A stretch of DNA of 39,486 bases from Spirochaetales bacterium. GTDB taxonomy: Bacteria > Spirochaetota > Spirochaetia > UBA9216. Location: NCBI GenBank assembly GCA_031273605.1, contig JAISRN010000063.1, positions 1-39,486 on the forward strand, written 5' to 3'. A program made the position numbers and the translations under genes. The notes below the pieces were generated by a model that was not told the origin of the DNA, made no database searches, and was given only the letters and a program-made list of their open reading frames with translations. Position 1 is the stretch's first letter. Each line of letters starts with the position of its first letter. Below are positions 10,903 to 18,816 of this stretch, piece by piece.

Positions 10903-11619
10903 ATGCGTAAAGCATTGTTTTTTCTTATTTTTTCTGCTGCGATCGGCCTTTGCATGCTGCCGGCGCAAAATTTAACTATTGATTATCAGTATAATGTTTC
11001 AGGCAGAGATACGGCAAACTACCTTAGTTTTTCCGGCCCGCACCGCCTTGTAACGGCCAATAGGGACACCTTTGACGCCGTTACCGGCGCCTCAAAGCAG
11101 AAATCCACCGCTCTCTTTACCGCCTACCAAACAGACATATCCGGCAAGGCCGCTTTTCCCGGGGGCGTGCGGGGCTTGTTCCTGTACCCGGTTGCCCCTG
11201 ACGATCTCCGGACCTCCGACAGCCTTAACGTAACCAAGGCGGCCAATGGGGTAATCACCATTCAGTATGCCCACCGGGGAATTGCCTACCGGATTGTTAC
11301 CGACAGCCAGGGCAGGCTTACCTTTCCCAGGGGAAGCTATTCGGTGCGTACCATTGGGTATATACAGGGCGCAGGACCCCAGGTTATTTCCCGGGATTTT
11401 TCTTCCGACGGAACCGCGGCAGGGATAAATTGGAATGCCGTGTGGGATACCAGGATTGCATCGGGACAAGCCATACCCGGCAATGCAAGCGCAAGAACCG
11501 GAGCGGTAACCAACGACTGGGAAGACTCAACCATTTTTTTCTGGACCGGAACTTTGCAGTTTACCTTTGAAAGTAACATCTTAAAAATCTCAGGAAGCCT
11601 CAGGGCAACCAGAGGTTAG
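10903..11619 (+). CDS. Secreted hypothetical protein with DAVTGAS motif
   Basis: GGAGG RBS, signal peptide MRKALFFLIFSAAIGLCMLPA-Q, beta-strand-rich mature region. Confidence 0.8.
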   Translation: MRKALFFLIFSAAIGLCMLPAQNLTIDYQYNVSGRDTANYLSFSGPHRLVTANRDTFDAVTGASKQKSTALFTAYQTDISGKAAFPGGVRGLFLYPVAPDDLRTSDSLNVTKAANGVITIQYAHRGIAYRIVTDSQGRLTFPRGSYSVRTIGYIQGAGPQVISRDFSSDGTAAGINWNAVWDTRIASGQAIPGNASARTGAVTNDWEDSTIFFWTGTLQFTFESNILKISGSLRATRG

Positions 11620-11637
11620 TCCGGTTTCGCTTTTGCC

Positions 11638-11662
11638 AAGCCCCGGAAACGGGGCTTTTTTA
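11638..11662 (+). terminator. Intrinsic terminator
   Basis: AAGCCCCG-GAAA-CGGGGCTT followed by a T run, between convergent genes. Confidence 0.85.
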
Positions 11663-11690
11663 TGCCCGGTCAACCTTTTCCTCTCCGTGG

Positions 11691-12449
11691 TTATGCAAAA
11701 AGCAGGCCCGCCGAAATTAAAGTTACCACATAAACGGCAATGCGATACTGTTTGTTGCTCACCTTTTTTACAAAGAGGATCCCCAGCCCAATTCCCAGGA
11801 GAATAAAGGGGATCATCATAAGATCAAAGGCCAGGCTTTGCCGGGAGATATTATGCCATACCAGGGTTTGCAGGGGAATTTTAAGATAATTGACAATAAG
11901 AAAAAACCACCCGGCGGTGCCCACGAAACTTTCCTTGGGAAGCCGGACTGCCAGAAGGAAGACCGAAAGGATGGGCCCCGCAGCATTGCCGATCATGGTC
12001 GAAAAGCCCCCCAGAACTCCGAAAAGGGCAAAAAACCATAACCCGGAGGGAAGCTCCGCTCCCCGCCTTTCGTTCCAGATCATCACCCCAAGACCGGCGG
12101 CAACGCAGAGGCCGATAAGGATTTTAAACCCCCTATCCGTGCTGATGAAATGATCCATTCCCAGAGCCAGGGCAAAACCCGCCAGGGCCCAGGGAATAAG
12201 GGGCCATATATACTTCCATTCCGCATGGCGGCGGTAATAGATCACCGCAAAGAGATCGGCAAAACAAATGAGGGGAAGCACCACCCCGGTAGATTCCCTG
12301 GCGCCGAAGACCAGGGCAAAGAGGGGAACCGCCAAAATTGAAATGCCGTTAAGCCCCGTTTTTGAAATGCCAAAGCAGATGCAGCCAAAGATCACCCCGG
12401 CCCATTGCCAAAATTCCAACTGATAAGAGGCCAGGTTGAACCAATTCAT
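11691..12449 (-). CDS. TauE/SafE (TSUP) family membrane transporter
   Basis: GISKTGLNG, STGVVLP...AD, GGFSTMIGNAAGP, FVGTAGWFF, about eight TM helices. Confidence 0.85.
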   Translation of the reverse strand: MNWFNLASYQLEFWQWAGVIFGCICFGISKTGLNGISILAVPLFALVFGARESTGVVLPLICFADLFAVIYYRRHAEWKYIWPLIPWALAGFALALGMDHFISTDRGFKILIGLCVAAGLGVMIWNERRGAELPSGLWFFALFGVLGGFSTMIGNAAGPILSVFLLAVRLPKESFVGTAGWFFLIVNYLKIPLQTLVWHNISRQSLAFDLMMIPFILLGIGLGILFVKKVSNKQYRIAVYVVTLISAGLLFA

Positions 12450-12594
12450 AAAAAGAGTTTATTCACCGCCCGTTAAAAAGTATTAAGAATCAAAATCTTG
12501 CTGCCGCGGCAAAAAACATTTTAAATGGTTTCATCTATTTTTTACCTCCGAAAATCCTGCCGGAAATGGCCTTAACTAAAGAAATTTTAAAATT

Positions 12595-12623
12595 ATCATA
12601 CCATACCAAGTATGGCTTGTCCA
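12595..12623 (-). promoter_or_regulatory. Promoter with palindromic operator in the spacer
   Basis: TGGACA-N17-TATGAT with an extended -10 TG. CCATAC-N3-GTATGG palindrome at 12601-12615. Confidence 0.5.
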
Positions 12624-12817
12624 ACATTTTTTATTATACGGATTAATTCGCCCCAAGGGGCAGGCAGGCTCGGAAAACCGGGGTTTCCGCTTAAATTTTA
12701 GCTTTTGCCCGTTCAGACGGCCTCTTTTGAGGCCGAATTAGGCTGTTTTCCCAAAATTTAAGTTTTTCAGAGGTCCTGCGGGCTGAATTTAAAAATGGCC
12801 GGAGAGGAAATTACGCG

Positions 12818-12846
12818 TTGACAAGGGCCGTTCTCTTGTATAAAAT
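12818..12846 (+). promoter_or_regulatory. Sigma-70 promoter of pcm
   Basis: TTGACA-N17-TAAAAT. Confidence 0.65.
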
Positions 12847-12896
12847 TTGAGTCCGTGCCAATAATTAAAACAAAAATTACGGCATTCAGGAGAATT

Positions 12897-13931
12897 ATGA
12901 CCAAATTACTAACAGGAGCTATTTCCGGACGTAATGTGGCGGTGCTTATCACGGGCCTCTTTATTGGCTTTTTCTTCGGGCTTATCCTGCCCAGGGTAGT
13001 GGCGGCCAGGACCGAAAGAGTAGCCGCCTACGAGGAGGTGGCCGCCCAGTCCGCCGTTCGGGAGGCCGCCGAAATTGCCTTCCGGCTGGGAGTGGACAGC
13101 GCCGAATACGGCCTGGCCTATGAAACCCTTCCGGGGATGGAAAAATACGATGGTCCTGGCTTTGCCCAGTCCATGCCCATTGATACCAAGGATGCGTGGC
13201 TGTCCTGGATGCGGACCAACCGCAGCGATTCCCCGATTTTTTTGGAGCAGCGGTGGAAATTAGCCCAGGATTTTGTCGGCAGCAGCGAGCTTAAACGGCC
13301 GGAGGACGTACGGGCCTTCCTTTTGGCGCCCCGGGAGCACTTTGTCCGGGAGCGCAATGCGGGGCTTGAATACGCCGATTCCTGGCTGCCCATCGGACAC
13401 GGCGCCACGATTACGGACCCCGATGTGGTAGCCATGATGACCACCACCCTGGATATAAAACCAGGGGAAAGGGTCCTGGAAATAGGCACCGGGTCCGGTT
13501 ATCAGTCCGCTATTCTTTCTTACCTGTCCAACGAAGTCTATACTATTGAAATAATTAAGCCCCTCTTTGTGGAAACCGACCAGCTTTACCGGGATTGGGA
13601 AAAAACCTACCCAAGTTACGGCGCCATTAACCGGAAGCTCGGGGATGGTTACTATGGCTGGGAAAAATACGCTCCCTTTGAAAAGATCATCGTTACCTGC
13701 GCTATTGACCACATTCCTCCTCCGCTGCTCCAGCAGTTGGCGATTAACGGCATCATGGTTCTGCCCCTGGGCCCTCCGGGACGCCAGTATATTATGGAAA
13801 TCAAGAAAGAAAGGCAGCCGGACGGAACCATTACCTTAAGCCGCCGGGATGTTTACAACGGCCTTAGGGTTAGTTTTATTCCCTTTAGGGACGAAGCGGG
13901 AACTTCTTACAGTACTTCCAACACCCGTTAA
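12897..13931 (+). CDS. pcm: Protein-L-isoaspartate O-methyltransferase with N-terminal hydrophobic extension
   Basis: PREHFV, PIGHGATITDP, VLEIGTGSGYQ, GDGYYGW..YAPFEKIIVT, LLQQL. AGGAG RBS before the ATG at 12897. Confidence 0.85.
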   Translation: MTKLLTGAISGRNVAVLITGLFIGFFFGLILPRVVAARTERVAAYEEVAAQSAVREAAEIAFRLGVDSAEYGLAYETLPGMEKYDGPGFAQSMPIDTKDAWLSWMRTNRSDSPIFLEQRWKLAQDFVGSSELKRPEDVRAFLLAPREHFVRERNAGLEYADSWLPIGHGATITDPDVVAMMTTTLDIKPGERVLEIGTGSGYQSAILSYLSNEVYTIEIIKPLFVETDQLYRDWEKTYPSYGAINRKLGDGYYGWEKYAPFEKIIVTCAIDHIPPPLLQQLAINGIMVLPLGPPGRQYIMEIKKERQPDGTITLSRRDVYNGLRVSFIPFRDEAGTSYSTSNTR

Positions 13932-14019
13932 TCCCGGCGGGTTTGCTTTTCAGGCTTTGTTTTTTGAACCTTGTTTTTTGAACCTTTGACTTTAGCCCGG
14001 TCCCGGCTTATACTTTCCT

Positions 14020-14700
14020 ATGGCGCTTCTTTACATGATAGCCTCGCCCCTGGGCAACCTGAAGGATATTACCCTCCGGGCGTTGGAAGCCCTGGCCGAG
14101 GCGGACTGGGTGGCCTGCGAGGATACCCGGCGGAGCTTAAAACTCCTCACCGCCCATGGGTTAAGCAAAAAGCTCCTTTCCTGCCGGGCCCAGAATGAGG
14201 GGGAGGCGGCGGAAAAGGTCTTGGGGGCGCTGCGGGAAGGTAAAACCGTGGCTTTTCTTTCCGATGCCGGCACTCCGGGCATAAGCGATCCGGGGGCCGT
14301 CCTTGTCCGCCGGGTTAGGGATGCGGGGTTTGCCGTGGTTCCCCTCCCCGGACCCTCCGCTTTGGCGGCTTTGCAGAGCGTGTCGGGATTTTTGGAAAAA
14401 ACCCTTACCTTTGAGGGGTTTTTGTCCCCCAAAGCGGGAAAACGCCGCCGCCGGCTGGAAGAACTGTTGGCCCGGAATGAGGCTTTTATTCTCTACGAGT
14501 CTCCCTTCAGGATAAAAAAGCTCTTAACCGAGCTTTTAACCCTGGATCCCGGCCGTTTGGTCCTGGTTGGCCGGGAAATGACCAAAATTTACGAGGAATT
14601 TATCGAAGGAACCCCCGGAGAGATCCTGGCCATCCTCGAAAAAAAAGATAAGGTCTTGGGAGAATTTTCCGTGCTTGTCAGTTCCAAGAAAAAGAGTTAA
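14020..14700 (+). CDS. rsmI: 16S rRNA C1402 2'-O-methyltransferase
   Basis: LYMIASPLGNLKDITLRA, ACEDTR, SDAGTPGISDPG, YESPFR, REMTKIYEE. Confidence 0.93.
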   Translation: MALLYMIASPLGNLKDITLRALEALAEADWVACEDTRRSLKLLTAHGLSKKLLSCRAQNEGEAAEKVLGALREGKTVAFLSDAGTPGISDPGAVLVRRVRDAGFAVVPLPGPSALAALQSVSGFLEKTLTFEGFLSPKAGKRRRRLEELLARNEAFILYESPFRIKKLLTELLTLDPGRLVLVGREMTKIYEEFIEGTPGEILAILEKKDKVLGEFSVLVSSKKKS

Positions 14701-14724
14701 ACTCTATACAGCTTATGACGATAT
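14698..14724 (+). promoter_or_regulatory. Sigma-28 (FliA) promoter of flgM
   Basis: TAAA-N15-GACGATAT versus consensus TAAA-N15-GCCGATAA. Confidence 0.7.
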
Positions 14725-14749
14725 TAAAAATGAAAGGTTAGGTGGTAAA

Positions 14750-15037
14750 ATGACTATTGATAGCATAGGGCCTGTTGATCCCCTTTCTAAGATAAATAGG
14801 TCTTCCCGAAGTCCGAAAACAGCCCCTGCCAGCCGCGGTGATGCGGTTCAGCTATCCTCCGAAGCCCGGAATATGAGCGAGATCTACCGGATTACCGAGG
14901 AGGTCAGGCTTAGTCCGGATGTCCGGCAGGACCGGATTGACGAAATCAAGGCCAAACTTCTGGATCCCAACTATATTAATGACACAATCCTCAATGCCAC
15001 GGCAGAAAACATAATGAAGGCCTTCGGCCTGTCCTAG
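14750..15037 (+). CDS. flgM: Anti-sigma-28 factor FlgM
   Basis: DAVQLSSEA and PDVRQDRIDEIKAKL...Y motifs, 95 aa, sigma-28 promoter upstream. Confidence 0.85.
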   Translation: MTIDSIGPVDPLSKINRSSRSPKTAPASRGDAVQLSSEARNMSEIYRITEEVRLSPDVRQDRIDEIKAKLLDPNYINDTILNATAENIMKAFGLS

Positions 15038-15062
15038 GCTTGGCGGTTATGGTATCGGTAAC

Positions 15063-15092
15063 GGCGGAGGGCCCCAGGTTCTCCGCCATTTT
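15063..15092 (+). terminator. Possible intrinsic terminator after flgM
   Basis: GGCGGAG...CTCCGCC stem followed by ATTTT. Confidence 0.45.
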
Positions 15093-15104
15093 TATGGAAC
15101 AGCC

Positions 15105-15539
15105 GTGATTTACGCCGGCGCCTCGGTTTTAATTCTGCTTATTACCGTTTTAATCCTGCTTTTAAGGGCGCCCCGCCGTCCGCCGCCGGACAACGGGCCT
15201 GCCCGCCCCCGGGTTACGGCCTCCAAACTCCGGCCTGCCCGTCTCCCTGAGCCCAAACGCTGCCTTCTCTGCGGGGAGTACTTTGCCCCCGGCGACACCC
15301 TGCAAACGAGCCTGTACCCCGATACCGGGACGGGGCGGTTAATGGAAATTGCCGGCTGCGGCCGCTGCGCCCCGGAGAAAACCGGGGCAGGCCGGCAGCT
15401 TAAACGCCGCTGTCCCCTCTGCGGGGCGGTTATAGCGGAGGATGAGGTTATCATGGCCCGGCGGGTCGAAAAACCGGGCCTTAGGCCCCAGCTTACAATC
15501 CTGGGCTGCCGGCGGTGTTTTAAGCCGGTCCGCGGGTAG
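15105..15539 (+). CDS. Membrane-anchored protein with two CxxC...CxxC modules
   Basis: N-terminal TM, Pro/Arg linker, CLLC...GCGRC and CPLC...GCRRC. Confidence 0.7.
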   Translation: MIYAGASVLILLITVLILLLRAPRRPPPDNGPARPRVTASKLRPARLPEPKRCLLCGEYFAPGDTLQTSLYPDTGTGRLMEIAGCGRCAPEKTGAGRQLKRRCPLCGAVIAEDEVIMARRVEKPGLRPQLTILGCRRCFKPVRG

Positions 15540-15575
15540 GAAAAGGTTCCTGCCTGCGCCTTCATAGGCCCAAGA

Positions 15576-15764
15576 CTAAAAAAGGTTGTTAATTTCGATA
15601 ATTATCCGCCCGTTTTTCCGGCTGAGATACGTCTCAAACCCGCAGACGCTGCAATGAACGGTAACGGGCTCTCCCAGGTCCAGCAATTTGGAGGATATTT
15701 TGGTTAATTCCCGTTCGCAATTTTCACAGTAAATCGGAATAAGTTTGCTTTCTTCGTCAGGCAT
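15576..15764 (-). CDS. Small zinc-ribbon-like protein
   Basis: 62 aa with CENC and CSVC, AAGGA RBS upstream. Confidence 0.6.
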   Translation of the reverse strand: MPDEESKLIPIYCENCERELTKISSKLLDLGEPVTVHCSVCGFETYLSRKNGRIIIEINNLF

Positions 15765-15791
15765 AGGGGCCGTCCTTACCGGGGTATTTTT

Positions 15792-16700
15792 CTAATTGTA
15801 AACATAAATCTGTTTTATTCTATCAAATGATATGCTGCGCTTTGTTCCAAATACATTTTCTTTAAATTTATTAAGAATTTTTTCTGTATTTATGATTTTT
15901 GCTTTGTTAATAATTCCTAATGCCCTCTTTACGATTTTATATTTTTTTAATATTTTTAATTCGCTTTTGCTTAGTTTTTCCTGTTGTATTATTTTTTCAG
16001 CTTCGGCCAAATAGCTTTCCATGCCGTCCAGTGATAATTGATCCGAGCTCCTTTCCCTAAAGCCTCCGATTAAAGCATTTGTTATATGCAGTTTTTCGTA
16101 GCGGAAAAACCGCATCCACAGGTCAAAATCCCCCGCGTATCTTAATTCACGGTTTAGGAACGAACCCGCCTGTTCCCATAAACTCCTGTGCCAAAAGCAT
16201 GATTCCTGCTGCAGCCACTTATAATCACCCATTAAAAAATCCCAGCGGACAAATTTTTGGCTTTGAGAGACGTGTACCGTCCGCCCGTATTCGTCAAATT
16301 TAGTTGTTGCGCCGGCAAGCCATTTTATTTCTTTATATCTTGAAAATAATTCGGCCACGGTGAATAAGGCTTTTGGGTGGTACATATCATCAGAGCCAAT
16401 CCATGCCATTACTTCTCCTCCGGCTTTTTCAAAACCCTTTTGGATGCCGTCATACAGGCCCCCGTCTTTTTCGGATACCCAATAAGCTAATTGGGATTCG
16501 TATTTTTTTATGATTTTAACGCTGTCATCGGCGCTTCCCCCGTCTATAATAATATACTCTAAACGGGGATATCCCTGGTTTAGCACCGAATTGATGGTTT
16601 CTTCCAAATATCGGCCGCCGTTCAAGCAGGGGGTTACTATTGAAATTTGAGGCCATTCTCTTAACCGGAAATCAAACTTATCAAAATCAAACCCGCCCAT
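15792..16700 (-). CDS. Glycosyltransferase family 2 (WcaE-like)
   Basis: ISIVTPCLN, IIIDGGSADDS, SEKDGGLYD, GSDD, YAGDFDLWMR. AT-rich. Confidence 0.9.
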   Translation of the reverse strand: MGGFDFDKFDFRLREWPQISIVTPCLNGGRYLEETINSVLNQGYPRLEYIIIDGGSADDSVKIIKKYESQLAYWVSEKDGGLYDGIQKGFEKAGGEVMAWIGSDDMYHPKALFTVAELFSRYKEIKWLAGATTKFDEYGRTVHVSQSQKFVRWDFLMGDYKWLQQESCFWHRSLWEQAGSFLNRELRYAGDFDLWMRFFRYEKLHITNALIGGFRERSSDQLSLDGMESYLAEAEKIIQQEKLSKSELKILKKYKIVKRALGIINKAKIINTEKILNKFKENVFGTKRSISFDRIKQIYVYN

Positions 16701-16914
16701 GTTAAACTCTGACCATTGAAAAACTCCTTATTGCCAAAGAATATCCTTCTCAAAAGACTTATGTTTATTATAGAAGATCCGGGGGCTTTGAGTCAAAACC
16801 CTCTTTTAGGGTTTTTTCGGGTCCCCTTCCCAAAGGCCGCTTTTTCAGGCTAAACTTGCGGAATAGGCCATTTTGTGATGTTGAAAGAATAAAATTTAAA
16901 AAAGGCAGAGTAAA

Positions 16915-17622
16915 ATGAAACTACACTATTTGCAGCACGTTCCTTTTGAAAATCCCGGTTATATCCTTGCCTGGGCGCAAAAACATGGCTGGGAAATAAC
17001 CGAAACCCGGCTCTACGAGTACCCCGCAGGGAAAGTTCGCTTTCCCCCGCCGGATGCCTTTGATTGGCTGGTTATCATGGGGGGGCCTATGAACATCTAC
17101 GAACATGAAAACTACCCCTGGCTGCCGGAAGAAAAGACCTTTATCAAAGAAGCGGTGGAAGCGGGCAAGGCGATCATAGGAATTTGCCTGGGGGCTCAGT
17201 TAATTGCCTGCGCCCTGGGAGGGGAGGTTACGCCCAACCCTTGCAAGGAAATTGGCTGGCTGCCGGTCCGGCTTACCCCCGAAGCCCGGCGGCTGCCCTT
17301 GTTTTCTTTCCTTCCCGAAAGGCCCCGGGTATTTCAATGGCACGGAGATACCTTCAGCGTTCTGCCCCCGGGGGCCGTTCTTCTGGCCGAAAGCGAAGCC
17401 TGCCAAAACCAGGCTTTTACGTGGGGAGACCGGGTCTTCGGCTTTCAGTTTCACCTGGAAATGACCGAGGAGAACATCCGGGAATCAATCGAAAACTGCG
17501 GAAACGAACTTGTTTCCGGCCCCTATATCCAAACCGCCGGGGAAATGGTTTCCCGCCCGGAATATGTTCTAAAGAGCAATCAATGGATGGATGAATTTTT
17601 AACCCGGCTGGAAAAATTATAA
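16915..17622 (+). CDS. Type 1 glutamine amidotransferase-like protein
   Basis: LQHVPFE, IMGGPM, GICLGAQL nucleophile elbow, QWHGD, QFHLE. Confidence 0.9.
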   Translation: MKLHYLQHVPFENPGYILAWAQKHGWEITETRLYEYPAGKVRFPPPDAFDWLVIMGGPMNIYEHENYPWLPEEKTFIKEAVEAGKAIIGICLGAQLIACALGGEVTPNPCKEIGWLPVRLTPEARRLPLFSFLPERPRVFQWHGDTFSVLPPGAVLLAESEACQNQAFTWGDRVFGFQFHLEMTEENIRESIENCGNELVSGPYIQTAGEMVSRPEYVLKSNQWMDEFLTRLEKL

Positions 17623-17623
17623 T

Positions 17624-17650
17624 GGTTCCCAAAGGCCTGGTTTTGGAACC
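17624..17650. repeat. Short REP-like hairpin
   Basis: GGTTCCCAAA...TTTTGGAACC, the same core as the hairpins at ~5246-5280 and 32121-32159. Confidence 0.5.
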
Positions 17651-17723
17651 GGCCAAACCGTCCTTGGGGCACCCCTTGGGGCAACCGGTTGCTTTTTTTT
17701 AAACCTTAATATAAACTTATTAA

Positions 17724-18791
17724 ATGAATGAAAAAATCATTGCCGTATTAGCGGGAGACGGTATCGGACCGGAGGTAATGGCCCAGGCCCTTAAGGCGCT
17801 TGTTCGGCTAAAGGCCAAGTATCGCCTGGCCTTAACCATCCGGGAAGCGGATTTTGGCGGCGCCGCCATTGACCGCCGGGGCACGGCCCTGCCCCCCGAA
17901 ACCCTCTCTCTCTGCCAAAGCGCCGCCGCCGTTCTGCTGGGTTCCGTAGGCGGGCCATCCTGGGAAAAGCTCCCCCCCCAGGAACAGCCTGAACGGGCGG
18001 GCCTTCTGACTCTGCGAAAAACCCTGGGCCTTTTTGCCAACCTAAGGCCCGCCCTGGTTTTCCCCCAGCTTATCGGCGCCTCTCCCCTAAAACCGGAGAT
18101 TATTTCCGGCGGCTTGGACGTTTTGGTGGTTCGGGAACTAACCGGGGGCATCTATTTTGGGCAGCCCAAAAAACGGGAGGGCGATCTGGCTCTGGATACC
18201 CTGGTTTATACCCGGCCGGAGATTGAACGCATTGCTCGGGTGGCTTTTGAAGCCGCCCGCCGCCGGAACCGGAAGGTTTGCTCGGTGGACAAGGCCAATG
18301 TTTTGGAATCCATGGTGCTTTGGCGGGAGGTGGCCGGGGAAATTGCCAAAGACTACCCGGATGTGGAATTAAGGCATATTTATGTTGATAATGCGGCCAT
18401 GCAGTTGGTTCGGAACCCAAAACAGTTTGATGTTCTTTTGTGCGGAAATATGTTCGGAGACATTCTTTCCGACGAGGCGGCCATGATCACCGGCTCTTTA
18501 GGAATGCTTCCTTCCGCTTCCCTGGGGGCCGGTAATTTTGGCCTTTACGAACCCGCCGGGGGCAGCGCGCCGGACATTGCCGGGAAAAACCTTGCCAACC
18601 CCCTGGCCCAGATTCTCTGCCTGGCCATGCTTTTTAGGCATAGTCTTGAGAGGGAAGATATTTATCAGGAAATTTACCAGGCGGTGAACGGAGTTTTGGA
18701 CGAAGGGTGGCGGACCCGGGACATCATGAGTCCCGGCTGCCGCGAACTGGGTACGGAAGAAATGGGAGACAGGGTGGCGGATAAAATTTAG
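17724..18791 (+). CDS. leuB: 3-isopropylmalate dehydrogenase
   Basis: [57 protein letters not shown]. Confidence 0.97.
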   Translation: MNEKIIAVLAGDGIGPEVMAQALKALVRLKAKYRLALTIREADFGGAAIDRRGTALPPETLSLCQSAAAVLLGSVGGPSWEKLPPQEQPERAGLLTLRKTLGLFANLRPALVFPQLIGASPLKPEIISGGLDVLVVRELTGGIYFGQPKKREGDLALDTLVYTRPEIERIARVAFEAARRRNRKVCSVDKANVLESMVLWREVAGEIAKDYPDVELRHIYVDNAAMQLVRNPKQFDVLLCGNMFGDILSDEAAMITGSLGMLPSASLGAGNFGLYEPAGGSAPDIAGKNLANPLAQILCLAMLFRHSLEREDIYQEIYQAVNGVLDEGWRTRDIMSPGCRELGTEEMGDRVADKI

Positions 18792-18816
18792 CCCCGGTTA
18801 TTCGCAGTGGGGTTGT

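Noticed and set aside
15110-15565. 151-aa minus-strand ORF
   Set aside because: Shadow of the plus-strand ORF, which has a TM anchor and patterned cysteines.
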